From an uncultured virus (IMG/VR IMGVR_UViG_3300029305_011606) (Duplodnaviria; Heunggongvirae; Uroviricota; Caudoviricetes): a DNA stretch of 64,000 bases. A program made the translations under genes and the position numbers. Where the stretch lies: IMG/VR virus record IMGVR_UViG_3300029305_011606. One strand, given 5' to 3'. Shown piece by piece: positions 18,656 to 26,210 of the stretch; within the stretch, counting starts at the first letter, position 1, and every line of letters begins with the position of its first letter. Under the pieces are notes generated by a model. The model was not told the DNA's origin, did no database searches, and saw nothing but the letters and a program-made list of their open reading frames with translations.

Positions 18656-19597
18656 ATGAGCCGCAAGAACCACAATGCCAGCCACAGGCAGTCGAAGCGT
18701 AAGACCTATCCCGCTGATTATTTAAAACCGACGCCCTTGGAGATTGCCATTGCAAAGGCGAACCAAGGTACCCGTGCCACACAGGACGAGTGTTCTGTGA
18801 TTCGCTGCGATGAACGCTGCAGCTACATGCACAGGCTGTTGCCGGTGGAACTGCTGGAAACGGATGTGTCCTACCAGCGTAAGGTCGATGTGAAGCGTGT
18901 TCAGGAGATCGTTGACAACTATGACCCTCGCCTGGTTAACAGCCTGAAGGTCAGCAACCGTGACGGTAAGTTCTATATCTTCGATGGCTCCCATACCCTG
19001 GCTGCTCTCAAGCAGATTCACAAGGGCGAACACTTTGTGGTGGACTGTAAGGTGTTTTCCGGGCTGACCTACGAGGACGAGGCGTATCTGTTTGCCCTCC
19101 AGACAGGTGAATCCAAGGATGTGGCGTTCCGTGCGCGCCTCCGGGCCATGCTGATCTCCAACAGTGAGGAAGCTGTTATGTTCAAGAAACATACGGCGGC
19201 GGCTGGATTTACGCTGGCTGAAGAGACTAGCAGCAACAGCCGATACACCATCGCGGCTCTGGCGAAGTCCTATAAGATTTTCACGGAATATGGTCCTGAA
19301 CGCTACGAGGCGATTCTAAAGCTGTTGGCCTCAACCTTTGACGGCGCAGGCTGGAGTGTGACCAGCTATCTTCTGGGCGGTATGGCTGTATTCTTCCGCG
19401 AGTTTGGGGACGAGATCAAGGTGGAACGCTTTGTGAAGCGTTTGCGTGGGGTCACCTACGACGCCATCCGGGATGAAGCACGCCGCCAGATGCGAAAATC
19501 CTCCGATATTGCCCATGCGCTGGCCTTTGCCAAGTTCTATAACGCAGGCGGCGGTCGCGGCTCTCTGGATGTGCGAAAGCTGACCATGCTGGATTAA
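18656..19597 (+). CDS. ParB/DGQHR-like protein (DUF6551-like)
   Basis: YQR..., FYIFDGSHTL motif. Confidence 0.7.
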   Translation: MSRKNHNASHRQSKRKTYPADYLKPTPLEIAIAKANQGTRATQDECSVIRCDERCSYMHRLLPVELLETDVSYQRKVDVKRVQEIVDNYDPRLVNSLKVSNRDGKFYIFDGSHTLAALKQIHKGEHFVVDCKVFSGLTYEDEAYLFALQTGESKDVAFRARLRAMLISNSEEAVMFKKHTAAAGFTLAEETSSNSRYTIAALAKSYKIFTEYGPERYEAILKLLASTFDGAGWSVTSYLLGGMAVFFREFGDEIKVERFVKRLRGVTYDAIRDEARRQMRKSSDIAHALAFAKFYNAGGGRGSLDVRKLTMLD

Positions 19598-19601
19598 GGG
19601 G

Positions 19602-19931
19602 GTGGCCGAGGTGAAGAAGGTCTATATTTGCTCTCCATATCGTGGGGATGTGAAAGCCAATGCGGAGTGCGCCTCCCGATACTGCCGCTATGCGGTGCTG
19701 TGTGGTGAGCTGCCCATTGCACCGCATCTGTATTTCACCTTCTTTCTGGATGACGCCATCGCGGCGGAACGGAACATGGGTATGTTCATGGGCTTGGAGC
19801 TTCTGAAGGACTGCTCTGAGCTGTGGGTATTCGGAAGCCCTACGGAGGGCATGCGAGAAGAAATCAATATGGCAAAGCGCATCGGGATTCCGGCGCGCTT
19901 TTTTGATGCTGACGGGAGGGAACTCAAATGA
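19602..19931 (+). CDS. DUF4406/DUF7768-like (nucleoside deoxyribosyltransferase-fold) protein
   Basis: VYICSPYRGD, APHLYF, ELWVFG..EGM..EI. Confidence 0.8.
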   Translation: MAEVKKVYICSPYRGDVKANAECASRYCRYAVLCGELPIAPHLYFTFFLDDAIAAERNMGMFMGLELLKDCSELWVFGSPTEGMREEINMAKRIGIPARFFDADGRELK

Positions 19932-20155
19932 AGGACAGGTGCTTTGCCATGAACCTGAAAAACCAGTGCGGAGCTTTGAACATAAAAGCCTGTATGGGTT
20001 TCGATGTGTGCCCCTTCTATAAGAGCAGAGTTCGGGCGAACCGTGATCGGGAGAAAGCATTTGCCCATCTGTGCGAGCTTCCACATGACCAGCAGATGGG
20101 CATTTCGGCTACGTATTACGGTGGAGCGATGCCGTGGAGAGGAGAAATTGAGTGA
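19928..20155 (+). CDS. Small Cys-rich hypothetical protein
   Basis: ATGA overlap; CFA..C.AL...C...CPFYK. Confidence 0.65.
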   Translation: MKDRCFAMNLKNQCGALNIKACMGFDVCPFYKSRVRANRDREKAFAHLCELPHDQQMGISATYYGGAMPWRGEIE

Positions 20156-20583
20156 ACGCAAAGGAATATCTGTCCCAGGCTTTTCACATCGACCAGCGCA
20201 TTGATTCGAAACTGGCACAGGTGATGCGCCTCCGGGAGTCGGCAACCAAGTGTACCCAGACGATTTCGGACATGCCTCGTGCCAGCTCGCCCAATTTGCA
20301 GACGTTGGAAAGCACAGTGTGTAAGATCGTCGATCTGGAAAATGAGATCAATGCCGACATCGATAAGCTCGTCGATCTGAAAGCGGAGGCTCGTCGGGTC
20401 ATCAACGCTGTGGCTGATCCCGATCAGCAGCTGATTCTGGAGCTGCGGTACCTGTGCTACAAACCCTGGAGCGACATTGCCGCTGAGATGAATTATTCGG
20501 AAGCCGGAATTTACAAACTCCACGGTCGCGCTTTGGCAAATGTAGTTGTGCCTGAGTCTGCGCAGGAAGAAGAGGCAGAATAA
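20152..20583 (+). CDS. DUF1492 / RinA-like late transcription regulator
   Basis: AKEYLSQA..., LELRYL..W..IAAEMNYS...LHGRAL; last gene of the replication operon. Confidence 0.85.
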   Translation: MNAKEYLSQAFHIDQRIDSKLAQVMRLRESATKCTQTISDMPRASSPNLQTLESTVCKIVDLENEINADIDKLVDLKAEARRVINAVADPDQQLILELRYLCYKPWSDIAAEMNYSEAGIYKLHGRALANVVVPESAQEEEAE

Positions 20584-20672
20584 CAGTCCGGCAATCGTAT
20601 AGTAAAAGACATTGAAGTAGAGTCGCAACCTGTGTTATAGTGTATCCTGTCAAAAGCATCGAGATGAACAAC

Positions 20673-20706
20673 AGCCCTCGCGGGAATGAACTCGCGGGGG
20701 CTTTTC
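20673..20706 (+). terminator. Rho-independent terminator
   Basis: AGCCCTCGCGGG...CTCGCGGGGGCTTTT. Confidence 0.7.
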
Positions 20707-20815
20707 CTGTCTGTGCTTCGATGAAAATATATCTGGGTTTGAAAGCATATAACGCTTGACTTTCATCGCTTTTAGAGCGTAAATGTCACTACCAAAACGA
20801 AAGGAGGTCAAGCCT

Positions 20816-21769
20816 ATGACCATTAGAACGAACTGTACCACCGACCGCAAGGTCATGGTGCGCCGCCTGGCCGAGCATCTCGGCGTTCGCGCGGAATACC
20901 TTGGCGTGCCGAACTGCGGCTACCGGGTGGGTGAACTGACGGTTGACCGCAATGCGGTAATCGCAGGCGCCCCGGAGCTTCTTCAGCAGATCACACCTTT
21001 CCTGATGGAGAACGGCTACATTCACGAAGCTCCCCAGCAGCCCGCCGATTCAGAAGCGGACCAGACTGTAGAAGAAACAGTCGCCCCGGAAAGAGCTGTC
21101 CCGGAAGAGAGCACAGAAGAAAGCATGGAAGATACCACGCAAGATGAAGCCTCTGCTGATTCAGAAGCTACTGACCAACAGATTACGCAGATGTGCGTGA
21201 GCGTTCCGCTATCCGAATTCACAGCATCCAGCTTGACCAATGTACTCAAGCTGGTTTATGCCAGGCAATCCCTGATCGCAGCCATGACACAGTGTGACAA
21301 GATCTACATTCATGAGGAACTCATGGATCTGCTTCAGGATGAGAAGCCGGACACAGTGGAACGGATTTGTGAACTGTTGGAGGGCGAGATTCATGCCGGC
21401 ATGGTGTGCGGCATTGAGATTCAGGAAGACCGCTTCACATTGAGTTTTCCCTATGATGAAGCACAGCCCACTCGCTGGACAGCCTACGCCAATTTGCTGA
21501 CTGCCATTGTGAATCGTTCCAAGATTGCCCACCACATCAGCGGCAAGCGCCTCAATCCGGAAGATGAAGAGATGAAATACTTCTGCCGGAACTGGCTGAT
21601 CCAGCTGGGACTGGGCGGAGCAGCACACAAGGAGACACAGCACATTCTGCTGGACCACCTCAAGGGCTTCGCGGCATTCAGAAGCGCAGCCAAGATGGAC
21701 GCACACAAAGCCAAGTACGCTGCGCTCCGCAAAGAGCGCAGGGAGGAGGTACACCATGAAGCTGATTGA
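20816..21769 (+). CDS. Phage hypothetical protein ('virulence-related' family)
   Basis: YLGVPNCGYRVG N-terminus; KYFCRNWLIQLGL..LLDHLKGFAAFR C-terminus related to the amidoligase C-terminus; RBS AAGGAGG. Confidence 0.75.
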   Translation: MTIRTNCTTDRKVMVRRLAEHLGVRAEYLGVPNCGYRVGELTVDRNAVIAGAPELLQQITPFLMENGYIHEAPQQPADSEADQTVEETVAPERAVPEESTEESMEDTTQDEASADSEATDQQITQMCVSVPLSEFTASSLTNVLKLVYARQSLIAAMTQCDKIYIHEELMDLLQDEKPDTVERICELLEGEIHAGMVCGIEIQEDRFTLSFPYDEAQPTRWTAYANLLTAIVNRSKIAHHISGKRLNPEDEEMKYFCRNWLIQLGLGGAAHKETQHILLDHLKGFAAFRSAAKMDAHKAKYAALRKERREEVHHEAD

Positions 21770-22268
21770 CAAGCGCCTCGCCGATTTGAAAGCCCGGCAG
21801 GAAGCCGGAGCGCACCTGCCTTGCCCTCGCTGCGGCAGGATGACCATGAAGGAGAAGCTCCACACCAACGCGCTCAGCCGCATCGCGGACATGAAGATCT
21901 GCGATTCCTGCGGCACGGACGAAGCAAAGCTGGCATTCATGAACGCGCCGAACTGCCTGTACCAGTGGGCGGCGCTTCAACCCAACCGACCCGATGGCGA
22001 TTTCAAAGCTGTATCAGGTGAGGAGGCTATGAAAATCATCTGCTGCGAACAGTCCGGCACACTGGTGGAACTGTTCATGCGCGCCGAAGCCGGGGATGAT
22101 GCGGATGAGATTCGCTTTACAGCATTTGAAAGCCTGCCCGGTCTGACTGAACTGTGGACGCAGCCCTTCCAGGCAACCTACCGCGCCAAGGACGGCACAG
22201 TAATGATTCGTGTGCGCCAGGGTGACGGTCAGGTGGAACTGGCCGCAGACCTGATCGATGGAAAGTAA
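21756..22268 (+). CDS. Zn-ribbon hypothetical protein
   Basis: CPRCG...NALSR...ICDSCG.DEA. Confidence 0.75.
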   Translation: MKLIDKRLADLKARQEAGAHLPCPRCGRMTMKEKLHTNALSRIADMKICDSCGTDEAKLAFMNAPNCLYQWAALQPNRPDGDFKAVSGEEAMKIICCEQSGTLVELFMRAEAGDDADEIRFTAFESLPGLTELWTQPFQATYRAKDGTVMIRVRQGDGQVELAADLIDGK

Positions 22269-22300
22269 CGCTGACACACCTAAATTTCAAAGCTGATTTG

Positions 22301-22340
22301 AAAGCAGTCCAACGTGCAATGCGCGTCGGGGCTGCTTTTC
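22301..22340. terminator. Terminator hairpin
   Basis: AAAGCAGTCC..CG..CG..GGGCTGCTTTT. Confidence 0.6.
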
Positions 22341-22499
22341 TCGTTGCGCACGTGTGCCCCACAAAGCACCACGTCGGGCTTTGACCTCGGCTTCGAGGGT
22401 ATTCCCAAGCTCAGCCTCCTCGCGGCAACGTGGGCGCGACAGAGGGCGACGTTTTCGAGGCAATTTGAAAGCCCTGGGCATCGCAGCCCCCCTCAAAGA

Positions 22500-22545
22500 C
22501 AAAAAGGCCGCCAGCCTCAACCGATTGCTCGGCGGGCGGCGGCGA
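22500..22545 (-). terminator. Terminator of the inverted cassette
   Basis: On the minus strand GCCGCC...GGCGGCC followed by TTTTT. Confidence 0.6.
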
Positions 22546-22563
22546 TTTGTTAGCCATACCGGT

Positions 22564-23157
22564 TTACCAAAGCCGGAACTTCGGCTGGTAGGAGGTGTTG
22601 CTGTAAAGCAGTCCTCCATCCTCGATGAACTCCCCGACCGTGGCGATGTAGCCGCTGGCATCCATGATGGCCAGTTTCGATTTGGCAAGCCTGTAGATCA
22701 GGTCGAGTACGTTCTGCCGCTTGAGGTCGTCCTTGCGGCGAAGGATGGCGGAAAGGTAGTCGGTGATGAAGATGGCCGTGTCGCTGAACTCGTGATTGTT
22801 GGGGTCGCTGGTCATGCGGATGATTCCGTTGTGTGCGACGCCGCACTTGCATTCGAGGTCGAGGGCTTTCATCAGCGCGGGGCGATTTGAAAGCGGAAAG
22901 GGATGCGTCATTTCGGGACCGACACCCGCTTGGGTGCTGATTCGGAAGTGGTAGACCACGTTGTCCGCTGTGGTGAAGCGTTCCGATTCGATAGCCCGCT
23001 GGAAGTCGCCCAAGTCCATGAAGCCCTTGTGGATGTGGACCTTGCCGTCCCGTGCGTACATGTAACCCGCGCCGTGGGGATTGTTGTAAAACATGTTCCG
23101 AATGGTGGTCTTGCTGGGCTGCTTCGCCCCAGCGGGAGAAACGCAGATGATGCACAT
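22564..23157 (-). CDS. Class II (Ntn) glutamine amidotransferase-like protein
   Basis: N-terminal MC, NPHGAG, HFRIST, HPF, HNG, SDT motifs; RBS AAGGAGG. Confidence 0.85.
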   Translation of the reverse strand: MCIICVSPAGAKQPSKTTIRNMFYNNPHGAGYMYARDGKVHIHKGFMDLGDFQRAIESERFTTADNVVYHFRISTQAGVGPEMTHPFPLSNRPALMKALDLECKCGVAHNGIIRMTSDPNNHEFSDTAIFITDYLSAILRRKDDLKRQNVLDLIYRLAKSKLAIMDASGYIATVGEFIEDGGLLYSNTSYQPKFRLW

Positions 23158-23343
23158 AATGTGGTACCTCCTTGATTTGGTAGCTTGTGTGTCGTGTTGG
23201 GTGGTGCATCGAAGGGTCTTGATTTCAAACCTTCCGGGCGTTACATTCATCACTCTTTCTGGGTGAAATAGCAACCCGACCGATGCACCAGTCATTCAGC
23301 GGTTGGATTTGTTCATATCCACCGGCTGGATTTGGAAGCTGTG

Positions 23344-23562
23344 TCATGCGGTGCGCTTGAGGTACTCTTCGGGGTACGCGGCCTCGGTGCCGGCGTGTAC
23401 CCGGAGGAGGAAACGGGCGCGCTTTCTCAATTCAGGAAGCACTCGCTTCACCCGCTCCTCGCCGTCGAGCTTGGAAAGCAGGATGTGATTGATGTACTCG
23501 TAGGTCTCATCGTCATACCAGTCGAAGATGTCCATACAGGCTTCAAGGGTCAACTTGGTCAT
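23344..23562 (-). CDS. Small hypothetical protein downstream of hammerhead 1
   Basis: RBS GGGAGG-AACACACC-ATG supplied by the repeat. Confidence 0.7.
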   Translation of the reverse strand: MTKLTLEACMDIFDWYDDETYEYINHILLSKLDGEERVKRVLPELRKRARFLLRVHAGTEAAYPEEYLKRTA

Positions 23563-23613
23563 GGTGTGTTCCTCCCTGGGCTGATGCCCGTTTTGATTTG
23601 GAAGCGTGTGGCT

Positions 23614-23667
23614 CCCGCGACCCCTTTCGGGGTTTCGGCTCATGCCACCGAGCCATCGTCAGGCGGG
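23614..23667 (-). ncRNA. Hammerhead ribozyme 1 (type I)
   Basis: CCCGC-CUGACGA-U-GGCUC(loop)GAGCC-GAAA-CCCC(GAAA)GGGG-UC^GCGGG. Confidence 0.9.
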
Positions 23668-24246
23668 TTTCTTTTCGACCATCAGGACGTAGCCCTTGCC
23701 GCGCGCCTCGATGTCGTAGCGCACCCTTCCATCGCGGGTGTGCTTGCGGCGCACTCTGGTGATGTCCTCCAGCTTCACACTCTTCATGCGGGGCTGGCGG
23801 CGGAGCCAGTGTAAGGCAATCGATTTGTAAGCGTCGCCAAGGTCGGTGTAGTCGGGGATCTTCTTTTGCTTCCAGCGGGCGAATCGCTTTTCGGCGCAGC
23901 GCTTGCCGTCCACAAGGGTGGTGTAGTAGCCCTCGCGGAGTCGGTCGAACTTGATTTCAAAGCGAGTGTCAAGGTGGTTGTTCCAGATCGTTTTCCAGCC
24001 GCCGGTCAGGTCGTCTGTGCATTTGCCGACCCGAATGGTCAGGAGGTCGCCGTAGGCTTCGCCGAAGGAGCCGCGGGTTTCGATCAGAACCCGAAGCACC
24101 TCGGAGCCGTTGGTCAGGTCGATGTGTGCCATCTCACCCTGGCTGCCGCCCATCGTCTCGGGGTTGATTTGGTAGCCCTGTGCGAGAAGCTCGGTCACCT
24201 TCTGGGTGTAGAGGGTGCGGATGTCGTTCATGGTGTAAACCTTCAT
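23659..24246 (-). CDS. Hypothetical protein (195 aa) bracketed by two hammerheads
   Basis: RBS from the repeat; stop TGA lies within the CUGACGA core of hammerhead 1. Confidence 0.8.
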   Translation of the reverse strand: MKVYTMNDIRTLYTQKVTELLAQGYQINPETMGGSQGEMAHIDLTNGSEVLRVLIETRGSFGEAYGDLLTIRVGKCTDDLTGGWKTIWNNHLDTRFEIKFDRLREGYYTTLVDGKRCAEKRFARWKQKKIPDYTDLGDAYKSIALHWLRRQPRMKSVKLEDITRVRRKHTRDGRVRYDIEARGKGYVLMVEKKPA

Positions 24247-24296
24247 GGTGTGTTCCTCCCTGGGCTGTTGCCCATCTTGATTTGGAAGCGTGTGGC

Positions 24297-24351
24297 TCCC
24301 GCGACCCCGTTGGGGGTTTCGGCCTGTGCCGGAGGCCATCGTCAGGCGGGA
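24297..24351 (-). ncRNA. Hammerhead ribozyme 2 (type I)
   Basis: UCCCGC-CUGACGA-U-GGCCU(loop)AGGCC-GAAA-CCCC(CAAC)GGGG-UC^GCGGGA; compensatory stem II changes relative to copy 1. Confidence 0.9.
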
Positions 24352-24391
24352 CTTGATTTGAAAGTTCCCCGTGGGGGAGGCTCCCCGTGTG

Positions 24392-25261
24392 TCAGGAAGC
24401 CTGCCGCCATGCGCCGTTGCCGGGAAGGAGCTTGGTCAGGTGTTTGCGGGCGGTCTCGAATTCGTCTCCGATGAAACCCAGTTGGAGGAGCCAGCATCGG
24501 AAGGTGTACTTTGGGTTGTCGGTGACCGGCCTTGTCGGGCTGGCGGCCTTGCTGGAAAGGGCCTTATGGCTGATGGCCATGCAAAGCTGGATGTAGCTTT
24601 TGATCTCCCCTGCGTGGAGGGTCGCGTTGAAGGCGCGGAACTCGATGGTGTGCGCGGGGCGCTCGGTGGAGAAGGTCGCGTGAAGGTTGAGAAGGTGGTA
24701 GCGGCTTCCGTCGTAGTGGCTGGCCGCTCTGTAGGCCCAGTGGCGTTCGTTGTACCAAATCGCAGCGAAGGCTTCCATCGTGCGGGGCTTGCGTGTGTTC
24801 AGACGCTGAAGGAAGTCCTGTTCGACGGGCTTGCACCATTGGTGTCTGCGGCTGGGGCTGATGCCCAGGGCCTGTGTCAGAAGGTCTTCCTTCGCGTTGA
24901 TGATGTTGACCAGCCGCCGCAGGCTTTCGGGGGTGTGTTCCCCGAGCCCGATGTGGATGTGGATTCCGCAGGATCCGTCCACCTTGGCGCCCGCCTTGCG
25001 GATGGCGCGGACCACCTCTTGGACCATCTCGATGTCCTCCCAGCGGCAAACCGGGCTGACCACCTCTGCCGAGGGGTCGGTGACCGAGCCGTCGCGCTCG
25101 ACTGTCCACTTTCTGCCGTCGGGCATCGGGACTTCCCAGTTACCCAGGTGTGTGCCTACGTAGTGTGCGGTCGTACTAAAGTGGTCTGCGATGGCCTTCG
25201 CGGTCTTTTCGCGTCCCAAGCCCGTGGTTTCCAGTTCGATGCCGAAAGTCTGGTTTTTCAT
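24392..25261 (-). CDS. Putative amidoligase (COOH-NH2 ligase family)
   Basis: FGIELE, W..ERDGSV, EVVSP, SCGIHIHI, RYHLLNL, TIEFRAF; RBS AAGGAGG. Confidence 0.9.
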   Translation of the reverse strand: MKNQTFGIELETTGLGREKTAKAIADHFSTTAHYVGTHLGNWEVPMPDGRKWTVERDGSVTDPSAEVVSPVCRWEDIEMVQEVVRAIRKAGAKVDGSCGIHIHIGLGEHTPESLRRLVNIINAKEDLLTQALGISPSRRHQWCKPVEQDFLQRLNTRKPRTMEAFAAIWYNERHWAYRAASHYDGSRYHLLNLHATFSTERPAHTIEFRAFNATLHAGEIKSYIQLCMAISHKALSSKAASPTRPVTDNPKYTFRCWLLQLGFIGDEFETARKHLTKLLPGNGAWRQAS

Positions 25262-25959
25262 GGGGTTGCCTCCTTTTCGTTCCCCGTGGGGTGTTCCCCG
25301 CGGCGTGACACATTCATCACTCTTTTTGCCCGAAATAGCAACCCGACCGAACCACCAAATAATCGCCCCCAACGACGGTGCGCCATCGACAAAGAAAAAA
25401 CGGCTTCCTATATAGCGCGCGAACGCGCCCGAGCGCCCGCCCGCGAGAAAATCAGCTGGACCATGTCATCGCCTTAACCCGTCACAGCCCGCCCCGAAGC
25501 TTGCATCTGTTTCGCGCAAAACCGCCGAAAAAGGGGCTTTTCGGGGGCATATAGCGCCCCTCCGCCCCCTTTTTGCCGCCCAAATCGCGGCTTTTTGCCC
25601 CGGAACACCCCCAATGTGCCGGAAAAACCGCCCCAGATCGGGGCCCCGGGGCCAGATATCTTCCCGGAAGGCTCCGCCCGGGCCGCCCCAGGGCGCGCAC
25701 GTTGCGCCACGTTCGCCCGGCTTTTGCCGCGCACCCAGCCGCCGCGCCCGCGGCCCCCGCCCGCGACAGCCCCGAAAAAGCCCCAACGCTGCCCCTTTTG
25801 CCGCCAGCCGGCCTTTTTGCCCCGTTGCCCGCCCCAACACCCCGCCCGCCGCCGTTTGCGTCGCCCGTCGTGCCGCCGCCCGCGCCCACCAGCCGCCCCG
25901 CCCCGGCACACTTTCGCCGTTCGCCACAACGCCGCTTCGCCGTGGAGAAGTGTGCGGCC

Positions 25960-26046
25960 CAGGGGGGCCTCGATCCTCGTGCGCGACCTCCAAGCGACCG
26001 CCGCCCCCTCTCGCGTAAAATTCCGCGAAATTAGGGGCCCCGGGGT
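25960..26046 (+). other. Candidate cos (packaging/cohesive end) region
   Basis: CGCCGCCCC at 25999-26007, followed by the TCGCG-TAAAATTC-CGCGA inverted repeat and flanking G-runs, upstream of the MTase-terS-terL operon. Confidence 0.55.
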
Positions 26047-26093
26047 CTACGCCCCAAAAAGCAAAAAAGCCGCCCTTGTGACGGCGTGTTCGC

Positions 26094-26167
26094 GCTGTTG
26101 TAGCTCAAAGGCAGAGCAGCTGATTTGTAATCAGCCCATCGCGGTTCGAGTCCGCACAGCAGCTCCA
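26094..26167 (+). tRNA. tRNA-Thr(UGU)
   Basis: Acceptor GCTGTTG/CAGCAGC, D-stem GCTC/GAGC, anticodon arm GCTGA-TTTGTAA-TCAGC, GGTTCGAGTCC T-arm, encoded CCA. Confidence 0.88.
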
Positions 26168-26210
26168 ATTATTCAGTTATCGTAGGAAGAAATGATCAGG
26201 AGGAAACCTC

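Larger units (their letters stand above)
23560..24350 (-). repeat. Two-copy ~108-bp direct repeat (23560-23667 and 24244-24350): hammerhead + leader + RBS + ATG
   Basis: Near-identical copies including TTGATTTGGAAGCGTGTGGCTCCCGCGACCCC and GCCATCGTCAGGCGGG. Confidence 0.92.

Noticed and set aside
22354..22890. Plus-strand 178-aa ORF
   Set aside because: Antisense to the motif-supported GATase gene and crosses its terminator
23158..23242. Third hammerhead upstream of the GATase gene
   Set aside because: Shares only the short CCAAATCAA leader word; no CUGANGA/GAAA core with stems
23560..24350. CRISPR mini-array or IS ends
   Set aside because: Only two ~108-bp direct copies separated by a whole gene, no cas or transposase; explained by hammerhead + RBS
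25466..26185. Multiple overlapping ORFs in the GC-rich tract
   Set aside because: Pro/Arg/Gly/Ala low-complexity products caused by stop-codon scarcity; one overlaps the tRNA
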